Part shown: positions 30,467 to 39,560 of the stretch, in pieces
Layout: each line of letters begins with the position of its first letter
How positions within the stretch are numbered: position 1 is the stretch's first letter
Position numbers and translations under genes: made by a program
Notes under the pieces: generated by a model
The model's input: the letters and a program-made list of their open reading frames with translations, nothing else
Databases searched by the model: none
What the model was told of the DNA's origin: nothing
Source: Verrucomicrobiota bacterium
GTDB taxonomy: Bacteria; Chlamydiota; Chlamydiia; Chlamydiales; JAEYWL01
Reading direction: 5' to 3'
Length of the DNA: 64,000 nucleotides
Assembly: GCA_023428915.1 (NCBI GenBank)
Contig: JAEYWL010000062.1
Span: forward strand, 18,274 to 82,273

Positions 30467-31054
30467 TCAACCCTCAACCCACTTGCCATTGCAGAGGCTG
30501 AATTGAAAATCAGGAATGCCTAACTGCTCAAAGGTTTCTTCAATTGGCGGTTCCTGCAAGGCCTGTGTGTTGGGGTCGGCATAATAGTACTTAACAACCC
30601 TGTTGACCACCAGAATTTGCGCTAAATAAGGTGCAAGCGGCCTATCCATATTCTCATCCCAAAAACCAATCTTAATACCCAGCCTGCCAGGATTAATATC
30701 TGCATCCCATTTTGAATCCCTTTTCGTCATAAAAATTACCCATTGTCTGTATACAGGCTGAGTTTTGATCTCAGCAATAAATTCGCAGATAATATTTTTT
30801 ACCAAAGGTCTTGCTTGCTCTATTGTCATGCGGTTGCGGTTCGAAAATAAAATAGACCAATTATTGTAGTTATCATCAACAATCCACTTATTGCCAATTA
30901 CTAAAAATTCCATATTGTATTTTTTGGCTATGCTGCAGCTAAAACGATCTAAACGAGAGCTTTTAGCAACATCTTCTTTAGGTCCTTGATATTTAGCCGA
31001 CATGCAGACCGCACTAATAAAAACTGCGAATAAGAATCTTAGAGTCAATTTCAT
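30467..31054 (-). CDS. exported small protein, paralog of 31051..31581 (candidate RHS immunity protein 2)
   Basis: N-terminal signal peptide (MKLTLRFLFAVFISAVCMSA). Shares the IEQAR and FWDENMDRPLAPYLA motifs with the upstream ORF. ATGA overlap with it. Confidence 0.7.
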   Translation of the reverse strand: MKLTLRFLFAVFISAVCMSAKYQGPKEDVAKSSRLDRFSCSIAKKYNMEFLVIGNKWIVDDNYNNWSILFSNRNRMTIEQARPLVKNIICEFIAEIKTQPVYRQWVIFMTKRDSKWDADINPGRLGIKIGFWDENMDRPLAPYLAQILVVNRVVKYYYADPNTQALQEPPIEETFEQLGIPDFQFSLCNGKWVEG

Positions 31055-31581
31055 TTTGGCTTCCTTAGTAAATTAATAGCAGATTCTTTAGACACAATTT
31101 GAATAGCTTCTTCAAGCGTTTCTTGATGCACGACTATAAATTTAAAGGGATCATCTTTAGGTTTTATTTCGTATTCTATTATATCTTTTGAATTCATGAC
31201 TCTTGCAATTAGCGGGGGTTTGGGGTCGTCAGAATTGCAATCTAAAAAATGAATAGAGAGAGTGAAAAAATTTTTAAGTTTAAAAGGGTAATTATGAAGG
31301 TAGGGCCTTAAAACTTTATTTGCATTTACTGTATTTAAAGCTATCAATGCCGTTGTGACATAATACACCCTGGCCTGATCAATATCCACAAGATCTTTTT
31401 TAATAAAGGATAAGTCGAGCTCTTTTACGTCACAGGCCATGGCACCACCACTGCCAAATGCGCGTAACCCCGTTTGCTTACAAACTTCAGCTGAAATTTT
31501 CTTAAGAGTCCTATTGGCCTCCTCCACGTAGGTAAAGCTCGAAAACAATAATAATAAAAATATAGGTATAAACTGCTTCAC
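31051..31581 (-). CDS. exported small protein (candidate RHS immunity protein 1)
   Basis: GTG start overlapping the RHS stop (TAGTG). Signal peptide MKQFIPIFLLLLFSSFTYV. Carries the IDQAR and FLDCNSDDPKPPLIA motifs shared with 30467..31054. Confidence 0.7.
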   Translation of the reverse strand: MKQFIPIFLLLLFSSFTYVEEANRTLKKISAEVCKQTGLRAFGSGGAMACDVKELDLSFIKKDLVDIDQARVYYVTTALIALNTVNANKVLRPYLHNYPFKLKNFFTLSIHFLDCNSDDPKPPLIARVMNSKDIIEYEIKPKDDPFKFIVVHQETLEEAIQIVSKESAINLLRKPK

Positions 31582-34500
31582 TATTTTCTTGCCCTTTCAT
31601 GAAATTTTCTAGCTTCTTTTTGAATCGCAGCCTCGTAAGTCTTGGCAACCAATTTATGGTCGCAGTAATCTTCGCCGCTCGGCCATAAAAATTCAATGTT
31701 CACTTTATCGGTAAATATACCCATCAAAATTCCTATAGGATCGCATAGAAAAGGAACGGGATCCAGCAAACTCACGTAATTTGTTACACTTCCGTATTTA
31801 TCATTTGGAATCATTTTAGCTGATCCAAAAGTAGCTATGTGCAGCATTTGTTTTTCATCATCCGACATATCTTTGGTTGCGTTATGGGTTACAATTCCCC
31901 CTCTACTAAAACAGGTTACGGTAACTGTACCATCTGACTTAGTTCCTCCAACGTTACCAATTAAACCGGTAATTAAATTTCTGAGTTGGCCGGTACAAGG
32001 AAACTCTATGCCGAGTTTTTGTAAAAAAGCCCCGAAAATATCTGCAAAAACACCGCAGGTGGAACTATACACATTATTGCAAACAACTCCGCCAAACTGG
32101 CCTTGAAGGTACCGTGCATTGTATTTTGCGTCATCTTCAACGTTATTCATCCCATTTACATTGCACCAGGCGTGCTTAGTGTAAGAAGAGGAGCCGGGCA
32201 TAACAGAAGTATAAGACGGAGAGTAATCGCCTGTGTGCATGCTGAAGCCTTCTCCAGCCATGACACGGCCAATCCCTGAACAGATGTCGTTTACAATGGG
32301 TATTGGGATAAGATGATGGCACAAGTACTCAACAGCTTTTCCGATAAAGTAGGATGACGCTTTAAAATGGCGCGGCCCAAAATGAAATGCGGGTTTGTGG
32401 CCGGACTCAGGATAAAGCCCGTAAAGGTCGACGCGCATGAGGGGATTGTTGAGGACATAGGCGTAGAGGTTAGGGCCGCCTTCAAAACCTATGGGGTCGG
32501 CTGTGACCCAGCGCGCAAATTGCGGAGAGTAGTAGCGCCGCCCAAAGTAGACAAGCCCGGTTTCTTCATCGGTGCGTTTACTGGAGAAGCGCCAAGGATT
32601 TATAGGCTTGCATGGGGATCCCTTATAGTTGGTGACAGTTTCCTCGCCATAGGCTGTGTAACTGTAGGATTCTACGGTGCATCCTTTTAAATCGACTATG
32701 CGAATAATACTGCCGATATGGTTATGAATGGGGATATAGGGAGTTTGATCAATTTCCAGCAAAACACTGGCGCCTATCTCTGCGCCTTTGCCGCGGCCAA
32801 TTAAGCGCAGGTTGACAATCTTACCCTCTTGGCAAGCTCCGGTTTCATCCTGCCCTTGGTAAAAAAAGGTGGTAATTTTATCTTTTCCAGACTCAAGGAG
32901 GCTTGCAGCCTCTTGTGTTTTGCTAAGGCGACGGTTAAAGGAGTCATAGCAGTAAGTGGTTGCCGTTTTGCCGGAGACTTTGATTAGGCGATCAAGAGCG
33001 TCGTAGGTATAGTGCGTACTGCCTTGCCTAATGAGGTTGCCATTAAAGTCATACTCCAGGTCATCACTGACAATCTGATTTAAGCCGTTATAGGTAAAAT
33101 TTTCTTCATCCTTGCTTACACGGTTGTGCAAGGAATCAAACTGGTAGGCATGGTCCTTTTCTTTATTGAGCTGGTATAGATCGTCATAGCCAAAATTTAA
33201 AACTTCCCCTTCTTGCTGGTAGCTGATTAAGTTTCCGGCTTGATCGTAGCAGATGCCGCTCTGCAGAGGCGTGCTCAAGGCTCGTCCAAGCAAATCATAG
33301 CTGGTAGCAAGGGCATTGCCATTAAAGCATTGTTCCTCGAGGAGATTGCCTGACAGGTCGTAAGTTTTATAATGGTGTGCAAGGCCATTGCGCGTTATTT
33401 GGCGCAAGTAGCAAGCATCGTAGGTATACTCAACAACAGTTTGATCAGGAAATATAACCTTTGTGGGACGTCCTATGCGGTCATATTCATAACCGATAGC
33501 AAGGCCGTTGCCTAAAGTTTCTTGCTGCAATCTGCCTTTATAATAGGTTCTTGTTGTGACGGTATTGTTCACCAGGTCGTCAACCTGAAGAGGCAGCCCT
33601 GAAGGTGAATAGGTGTATTGGTAATGGATGGAACCGTCGCTAGAAGCAAGTGCTTGCAGCAAGCCCAATGCATTATAGGTATGGGTCAAGACGATGCCGT
33701 CAGGCTTTACAATTGTTTCCCTTTCCCCATTGGCATTGTAAGCATAGCGAGTGATTTTTTGTTCCGGCAGGCCGGATGCTTCAATTTGTGTTATCACGCG
33801 ATTTAAACTGTCATATTCCCAGCAGTTCTTGACTATGCGCGGGCCATTTTTGCTGTAAATGGTGTCAATAGAGGCAATGCAGTTGCCGCATGGGTCATAC
33901 TGTTTTTCTACTTTTGCAAGTTCATAGTTAATCGAATTCTTCTTAACTATGCTGGCAACCCTTCCCATTGCATCAAAGGTAGTGATTGTCTGCTGTCCTA
34001 GCGGGTCGGTCTCTATATGCTGTTGAACATATAGTCCGTTCGCGTCTTTATGCTTGTAGTTATAAGCGATGTGCTTAGTATGGCCTAATGAGTCGGTGAT
34101 AAGGGTTGGTTGATTGAATAGGTTGTACTCCGTCTTGGTAATCGCCAGCCCGGCAGCTGTATGCTTTATTTCTTGGGTTTGGTTGCCGCGTGCGTCGTAT
34201 AAATAACAGACTTTCTTCAGCACATTGCCTTGAAGGTCTTCAAGCCTTTCTTCTATTTTCCGATCTAAGCTGTCAAACTCGTAGCAAGTAACAGCAGCTT
34301 CCTGATCTGCTGTGTAATTAGTGATTTTATGCTGCCTGCCAAGTGTATCATAAGCATATTCTGTAACTTCGTCATGCTTGCTTACGCGTATAAGCCTGCC
34401 TGCAAAGTCGTAGTCATAACTCGTAACGTTCCCTTCAGGATCTATTGAATTAAGCAAATGCAAAGCATTATAGGTGTTGGCAGTGGTTTTTAAGCATGTG

Positions 34501-36875
34501 CCGCTAGCATCATAGACGGTTTCTGAAAGAATGCGGTGCTGATGGTCGCGGGTGTACTTGGTTACAGTGCCATTTTTAGCAGTATGGCTGACAACGGCAC
34601 CCCATAGGTTATAGATATACGATTCAGCAGTGCCATCAGGATAAGTAATATAAACAGGCTGGCCGCGGGCGTTGTATTGCTTATGGATGGTCAGGCCTCG
34701 TTGATTTGCGGCCGCAATTTGATTGCCCGCAGAATCATAAACAAAGGTTTCTTTGCTGCCGTCAGGATAATTTTTTGCAAGAATGTTTCCATGGTAATCA
34801 ACTTGCATCAGAGTAGGGTTGCCGCAGACATCATATTCAGCTATGCATTGGCTCAGATAGTTATACTGAAACGCTGAACCTAATACCTCTCCCCCTGGGG
34901 TTTGGATATTCTCCCGTATTTTTCGGTTGCAGCGGTCGTAGCAGCATATTTTTTTAAAGCCGGAGGAAAGCGACTCCTCTTCAAGCATGTTGCGGTTTTC
35001 GTCAAACTGCCTGACAATCACATTGCCCAAGGCATCGACTTCTCTAATGACATCGCCTATGTCATTATAGGCCCAAGTATGCGTATAGGCATATTGGCCG
35101 TCGCTGCCGTATACTTTTTGGCTGAGCATCCGTCCATAACCGTCAAAGTCTTGGACTAATTTTTTAAGCAAGCATTCTTGCCCTGAAACTAAATCTAAAT
35201 AACTTTCTTCGATAACTAAGGGTACGCCCCAGCAAGGAATGCTGTTTTTTCGGACATAGCGGGTAATTGTTCTTACTGTGACCCCTGCAAGATCGTCTTT
35301 TTCAAGTGAAGTGCCATCGTCTTTGATTTGACAAAGCAAGCAGCTGCTGCGGTCGTATTCATAAAATTCTCTGCATACGATCTGTTTATTCACTAAGATA
35401 AATTTCGCAGCGAGAAGGTTCGTGCCAGGCACATATTGGTATTGGTGCTGCTCTAAACCATTATCCAGAGTCAGCATAAGATTGAAGCCATCATCAGAGT
35501 ATGTGTAGTGCTGCGAAAACTCTTCTACTCGCAGCCCTGTAATATTTCCCCTAAAAGTATCTTTAAGCACATTTCCGCGATCATCATAACTATAATGCCT
35601 GCTGAAGAGTACATTTCCGCTGCTGCTATCGTCAAAAAAGTGATCGACTAAATTACCCTCATTTTGTCCTGAACCCCAATGAAAGCGCTCTATTTGGCCT
35701 GGCTTTGCAATCTGCAACAAGCGATGGTTAGTATCGTAAATGTACTTTGCCAAGTTCCCTAAGGCATCGTAGACATATGTAGTGCCGCCTTCGTCATTTT
35801 TTGCTTTATTTGGGCAGTAGACAAATTGGTAAGCTGTGACTGGCGTGCCATCCGAGCCTAAAGGTGCTTTTTGTTTTCTAATTCTGTGTTCTCGAATATC
35901 CCCTTTAGGGATAACTAAAGAGACTCCAACTATATCGTTATCTCCCGAAGAGTAGTACTCATTAATCAAAAACTGCCCTTCAGGCCAGGTTTTATAAGTT
36001 ATACGGCCATCAGGAGAATCCTTTTGAAAAAAATCGTATTCGTAGCCCTCTATTGTGCGTCCACCCCTTATTACCTTGTTTAGATAGAAGCGTTTGTCTT
36101 TTTTATTCTTCCTGTTTAAAAAGTTGTAGCGGATAATGCGCTGGTCGCTTGAAACTATCTCTATATATGGATGCAGATTAAAGTGTTCATTATTGGCCTT
36201 TTCTATAGAAAACCAGGCCATTTTTTCGCCGTCTTGATTGAACAACTCAATAGTCTTTAAACGGCCGTTATCGAATGAATAGGTAATTTCATTGCCGCTA
36301 GGTTTCACTTCTTTAGCTAAAAAATCGCCCAAACTTGTGTGCTTGTACGTGCGTTTAGTGCCGTCCGGCATTAAGTAATGGTTTGTTTTGCCCTCAGGAA
36401 GAATGGCACCGTTCTTCATATTGGTCCGAGCACTGAGAACTCCGCCCCCAAGATTGCTCACACCTTTATTGTCCTCTGCCCTAAAGGGAATGACATATTT
36501 GTTAATTTTGGAATCGTAGGCAGGCTTACTGAAGGTCAGCCAAGAGCCAAGCTTGTCGTACATGTAGTACTTGGCATTTCTCTTTCCGGTGTTGGGGTCC
36601 TTCAGTATGTAACTCCACCAATTATGGCTCCAGGAGTGATATAAAGAGTTCAAACCGAAATCTTTGCTGCAGTAATGCCGTTCAAAATTGAAGTCTTCAG
36701 GACACACAATCGCTAAATCTGCGGCATGTTCTAGATAATGGCCTGAAATGACGTTTACAGTGCCATTAACAATTGCCGAAATCCCGCTGCCTTGATTGGC
36801 TAAGGGAAGATCTTTCATTTCCACTTCAGTTGCAAACAAAGGAACAAAAAACAGCAAAGAAAAAAGCCAGCGCAT
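31581..36875 (-). CDS. RHS/YD-repeat protein with N-terminal signal peptide and unrecognised C-terminal domain
   Basis: Signal peptide MRWLFSLLFFVPLFA and dozens of YD-type repeats (YxYDxxGNxxx). The core ends in RRYYSPQFARWVTADPIGFEGGPNLYAYVLNNPLMRVDLYGL, followed by a 277-aa tail. Confidence 0.9.
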   Translation of the reverse strand: MRWLFSLLFFVPLFATEVEMKDLPLANQGSGISAIVNGTVNVISGHYLEHAADLAIVCPEDFNFERHYCSKDFGLNSLYHSWSHNWWSYILKDPNTGKRNAKYYMYDKLGSWLTFSKPAYDSKINKYVIPFRAEDNKGVSNLGGGVLSARTNMKNGAILPEGKTNHYLMPDGTKRTYKHTSLGDFLAKEVKPSGNEITYSFDNGRLKTIELFNQDGEKMAWFSIEKANNEHFNLHPYIEIVSSDQRIIRYNFLNRKNKKDKRFYLNKVIRGGRTIEGYEYDFFQKDSPDGRITYKTWPEGQFLINEYYSSGDNDIVGVSLVIPKGDIREHRIRKQKAPLGSDGTPVTAYQFVYCPNKAKNDEGGTTYVYDALGNLAKYIYDTNHRLLQIAKPGQIERFHWGSGQNEGNLVDHFFDDSSSGNVLFSRHYSYDDRGNVLKDTFRGNITGLRVEEFSQHYTYSDDGFNLMLTLDNGLEQHQYQYVPGTNLLAAKFILVNKQIVCREFYEYDRSSCLLCQIKDDGTSLEKDDLAGVTVRTITRYVRKNSIPCWGVPLVIEESYLDLVSGQECLLKKLVQDFDGYGRMLSQKVYGSDGQYAYTHTWAYNDIGDVIREVDALGNVIVRQFDENRNMLEEESLSSGFKKICCYDRCNRKIRENIQTPGGEVLGSAFQYNYLSQCIAEYDVCGNPTLMQVDYHGNILAKNYPDGSKETFVYDSAGNQIAAANQRGLTIHKQYNARGQPVYITYPDGTAESYIYNLWGAVVSHTAKNGTVTKYTRDHQHRILSETVYDASGTCLKTTANTYNALHLLNSIDPEGNVTSYDYDFAGRLIRVSKHDEVTEYAYDTLGRQHKITNYTADQEAAVTCYEFDSLDRKIEERLEDLQGNVLKKVCYLYDARGNQTQEIKHTAAGLAITKTEYNLFNQPTLITDSLGHTKHIAYNYKHKDANGLYVQQHIETDPLGQQTITTFDAMGRVASIVKKNSINYELAKVEKQYDPCGNCIASIDTIYSKNGPRIVKNCWEYDSLNRVITQIEASGLPEQKITRYAYNANGERETIVKPDGIVLTHTYNALGLLQALASSDGSIHYQYTYSPSGLPLQVDDLVNNTVTTRTYYKGRLQQETLGNGLAIGYEYDRIGRPTKVIFPDQTVVEYTYDACYLRQITRNGLAHHYKTYDLSGNLLEEQCFNGNALATSYDLLGRALSTPLQSGICYDQAGNLISYQQEGEVLNFGYDDLYQLNKEKDHAYQFDSLHNRVSKDEENFTYNGLNQIVSDDLEYDFNGNLIRQGSTHYTYDALDRLIKVSGKTATTYCYDSFNRRLSKTQEAASLLESGKDKITTFFYQGQDETGACQEGKIVNLRLIGRGKGAEIGASVLLEIDQTPYIPIHNHIGSIIRIVDLKGCTVESYSYTAYGEETVTNYKGSPCKPINPWRFSSKRTDEETGLVYFGRRYYSPQFARWVTADPIGFEGGPNLYAYVLNNPLMRVDLYGLYPESGHKPAFHFGPRHFKASSYFIGKAVEYLCHHLIPIPIVNDICSGIGRVMAGEGFSMHTGDYSPSYTSVMPGSSSYTKHAWCNVNGMNNVEDDAKYNARYLQGQFGGVVCNNVYSSTCGVFADIFGAFLQKLGIEFPCTGQLRNLITGLIGNVGGTKSDGTVTVTCFSRGGIVTHNATKDMSDDEKQMLHIATFGSAKMIPNDKYGSVTNYVSLLDPVPFLCDPIGILMGIFTDKVNIEFLWPSGEDYCDHKLVAKTYEAAIQKEARKFHERARK
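31584..32414 (-). other. C-terminal variable (toxin-candidate) domain of the RHS protein, possible alpha/beta-hydrolase-like
   Basis: Follows the PxxxxDxxGL core end. Cys-rich; TVTVTCFSRGGIV resembles a strand plus nucleophile elbow (small-x-S-x-small-small). Later LLDPVPF and CDHKL are candidate Asp and His. No named toxin family recognised. Confidence 0.4.
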
Positions 36876-37189
36876 AACAAACCTTATTTTTTAATATGGC
36901 TGTGACGTATAGCGGCATTTAACTAAACTGACAACAATTAATTTTATTTTTTTATTTTCAGAGGGAAATTTCATGATTAAACCATGTTCATTCATAAGGC
37001 TTGGCTCATCATGCAAATAAAACTTTAGACGGTGTTTTTTTAGTTATTTGCCTTAACCGCTTGTTTGACAAGTCGAACGTGGTGAAAGCTGCGACGAGTC
37101 GCAGCACTCCAAATCTAAAACAAAACTGACTCCATTTTTCACAACCTCTACACATCGTTATAAAACTAACGTGATGAAATAAGAAAGCT

Positions 37190-37396
37190 ATGAAAACCTT
37201 AAACTCATTGGAAGAAGAAGGCATTATTGTAGAATCAGCATTTCTGGACAAACAAGGAGAAGACCTGTATTTAATTTATTATATGAAAGCTAAAAATATT
37301 ACCTATACTTAGGAAATATTAATAATTCCAATCTGACAATTGATTATTATTATAAAAATTGTTGGAAAAAGTACTATGAAGGTCGAATTGCATTAG
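37190..37396 (+). pseudogene. possible remnant of a small gene, broken into two frames
   Basis: A 40-codon ORF (MKTLNSLEEEGIIVESAFLDKQGEDLYLIYYMKAKNITYT*) is followed in another frame by NSNLTIDYYYKNCWKKYYEGRIALEEC*. Lies in a 760-bp non-coding gap. Family uncertain. Confidence 0.25.
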
Positions 37397-37638
37397 AAGA
37401 GTGTTGATCTTGATCACGATCTTAATCTTTCTTCTCAGACATTTCGATAAGAGTAAGCGTTTCGCGACCGAGCTGATCAAGCCGGAAAGATGCAGCCGAG
37501 GTATTAGGAAGGAATATGCCTTGCGTTAACTTTTCTTCCTTTTTGCCGCAAACTGCGCAGCACAAAATTCTTTATTTTACAATTATCATTTTTTAAGTTA
37601 TACTTTTAAAATCCAAACAATTTAATTATGAGTTTAAT

Positions 37639-39384
37639 TTGAGTAAAAATTCAAATACAACAGTTTCTTTTGATCATCTCCAACTAGATGACCGTCTTTT
37701 AAAAGCAATTAAAGAAGAGGGTTTTCAGGAGCCGACAGCTATTCAGCAATCTGCCATACCGGCAATCCTTAACGGCAGCGACATTCGCGCTTCTGCCCAG
37801 ACAGGAACCGGCAAAACAGCTGCCTTTTTGTTGCCGTCGCTGCATAAAATGACGCAAGAAGCTCAAAAAGGACGCGGCCCCCGGGTGCTGGTGTTAACAC
37901 CTACCCGCGAGCTTGCACTGCAAGTGGCTCAAGAAGCAGATAAGTATAGCCGTAATTTATCAAAAGTAAAAACTGTGTGTATTTATGGCGGAGCTCCCTA
38001 CCCGATCCAGAAACGGCAGTTAGCCAGGCATTATGAAATTTTAGTTGCCACTCCGGGAAGATTGATCGACTTTTTAGAACAAAAAGTGATCGACTTGTCG
38101 CGCGTGGAAGTCTTGATTCTCGATGAAGCCGACCGCATGCTGGATATGGGCTTTATTGGCCCGGTAGAGCAAATTGCTGAGCTTACACCCGAAAACCGCC
38201 AAACTCTGCTTTTTTCTGCTACTTTGAAAAAACAAGTCTTGCAGCTTTCCGAAAAGTTAATGAAAGACCCGATTGAAATCAATGTCATCCCCTCTCATGA
38301 AAAACATGAATGCATTGAGCAGCAGCTTTACTTTGCCGACAATCTCGGACATAAGCTAGACCTTCTGCAAGAGCTATTAACGGACGATGCTATCGATCAA
38401 GCCCTGGTATTTACTTCCACTAAGAGCTATGCCGAAGAATTAGCCGAAAAGCTGATTGAAATCGGCCATGCGGCAGGAGCATTGCACGGCGATATGAATC
38501 AGAGGCAGCGCCTCCGCACCTTATCTAAACTGCGCGAAGGCCGCTTAAAGGTTCTCGTAGCCACAGATGTTGCGGCTAGAGGCATCGATATCTCCTCAAT
38601 CACCCACGTCTACAATTTTGATTTGCCGCGTTGTGTAGAAGATTATACCCATAGAATTGGCAGAACAGGACGGGCAGGGGCTGCAGGAATAGCAGTTTCA
38701 TTGGTGACCCCTAAAGAACGGCAATTGTTAAGGGAAATTGAATCCTTTACCAAACAGCAAATTACCGTAAAAGTTATTCCAGGCATGGAACCTAAGGAAA
38801 AAGCGGCTCCGGCGCGAAAAACAAGGACCAGACAAAGAGATTTTGCTCCCAAAAAATCCTTTGCCCCCAGAGAAAACTTTGCCCCAAGAAACAAGCCTAA
38901 AAAAGAACATTATAAAGAGGAAGGCTTCGAGACTCCGAGCGAGTACTCTCCAAAAAGCAGACCTTTTAAAAGAGAATTTACTCCAAAAGAAGACTTTCCT
39001 TCAAAAAAGAAATTTGCAAAAAGGGACTTCCCTTCTAAGGAAGAATATTCTTCCAAAAAGGAAGGATTCGCTCCAAGAAAAGAAGGCTTTGCATCAAGAA
39101 CGCGCAATAAAGATGGATTTTCCCCTAAAAAGGAAGGATTCGTCCCGCGCACTCGCGATAAAGAGGAATTTTCTTCTAAAAGAGATGGCTTTGCTCCAAG
39201 GTTTCGCGATAAAGAGGAATTTCCCCCCAGAACTCGCACTGAAAAATCAGACTATCCGGCTGCAAAGGGCTCTTTTGGCAGAAAAGGCCCCTCAACCGGT
39301 AAAGGTTTCAAGCCTAACGGCCCTAAGAAAGAAACCGGTTTTAAATTTAAGCAATTTTTCACACCGAAAAAAAGAGAAACATAG
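37639..39384 (+). CDS. DEAD-box ATP-dependent RNA helicase with repetitive basic C-terminal tail
   Basis: Q-motif (GFQEPTAIQ), AQTGTGKT, PTRELA, DEAD, SAT and HRIGRTGRAG. A TTG start is required to retain the Q-motif region. Confidence 0.9.
   Translation: MSKNSNTTVSFDHLQLDDRLLKAIKEEGFQEPTAIQQSAIPAILNGSDIRASAQTGTGKTAAFLLPSLHKMTQEAQKGRGPRVLVLTPTRELALQVAQEADKYSRNLSKVKTVCIYGGAPYPIQKRQLARHYEILVATPGRLIDFLEQKVIDLSRVEVLILDEADRMLDMGFIGPVEQIAELTPENRQTLLFSATLKKQVLQLSEKLMKDPIEINVIPSHEKHECIEQQLYFADNLGHKLDLLQELLTDDAIDQALVFTSTKSYAEELAEKLIEIGHAAGALHGDMNQRQRLRTLSKLREGRLKVLVATDVAARGIDISSITHVYNFDLPRCVEDYTHRIGRTGRAGAAGIAVSLVTPKERQLLREIESFTKQQITVKVIPGMEPKEKAAPARKTRTRQRDFAPKKSFAPRENFAPRNKPKKEHYKEEGFETPSEYSPKSRPFKREFTPKEDFPSKKKFAKRDFPSKEEYSSKKEGFAPRKEGFASRTRNKDGFSPKKEGFVPRTRDKEEFSSKRDGFAPRFRDKEEFPPRTRTEKSDYPAAKGSFGRKGPSTGKGFKPNGPKKETGFKFKQFFTPKKRET
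38821..39381 (+). repeat. coding tandem degenerate repeats (K/R-E/D-G/E-F-x-P-K/R units) in the helicase tail
   Basis: DFAPKKSFAPRENFAPR...KEGFAPRKEGFASRTRNKDGFSPKKEGFVPRTRDKEEFSSKRDGFAPRFRDKEEFPPRTR. Spurious ORFs appear in other frames. Confidence 0.8.
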
Positions 39385-39405
39385 CCGTAAAAATTTTCTA
39401 AATAA

Positions 39406-39473
39406 CTAGCGCTTAGTCCTTTGTCTCTAAGGTCCCTGGCGTCCCCAAGGTCCATTGTCCATTTAAGCGCTAA
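39406..39473. repeat. palindromic intergenic repeat element, copy 3
   Basis: AGCGCTTAGTCC...GGTCCATTGTCCATTTAAGCGCTAA has the same terminal GCGCTTA/TAAGCGC inverted ends and GTCC/GGAC-rich interior. Lies 22 nt after the helicase stop. Confidence 0.75.
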
Positions 39474-39491
39474 CTCTGGCTTTTAAAATAA

Positions 39492-39524
39492 AAGAGGCTG
39501 TAGATTTCCTCACTACAGCCTCTT
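39492..39524. terminator. bidirectional hairpin terminator between convergent genes
   Basis: AAGAGGCTGTAG-atttcctca-CTACAGCCTCTT is a perfect 12-bp stem flanked by A/T runs. Confidence 0.6.
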
Positions 39525-39560
39525 CTATTTAGATATTTAAAAAGGCAGCAAGTCGGGGTT

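Noticed and set aside
37009-37251. 80-aa minus-strand ORF in the RHS/helicase intergenic region
   Set aside because: No SD and odd composition. It overlaps the plus-strand gene remnant, so it is likely spurious.
38728-39409. Alternative-frame ORFs 38843..39409 (+), 38910..39239 (-) and 38728..38910 (-)
   Set aside because: They lie inside the purine-rich repetitive tail of the DEAD-box helicase. All are low-complexity shadow frames, and the helicase frame is continuous from the conserved core.
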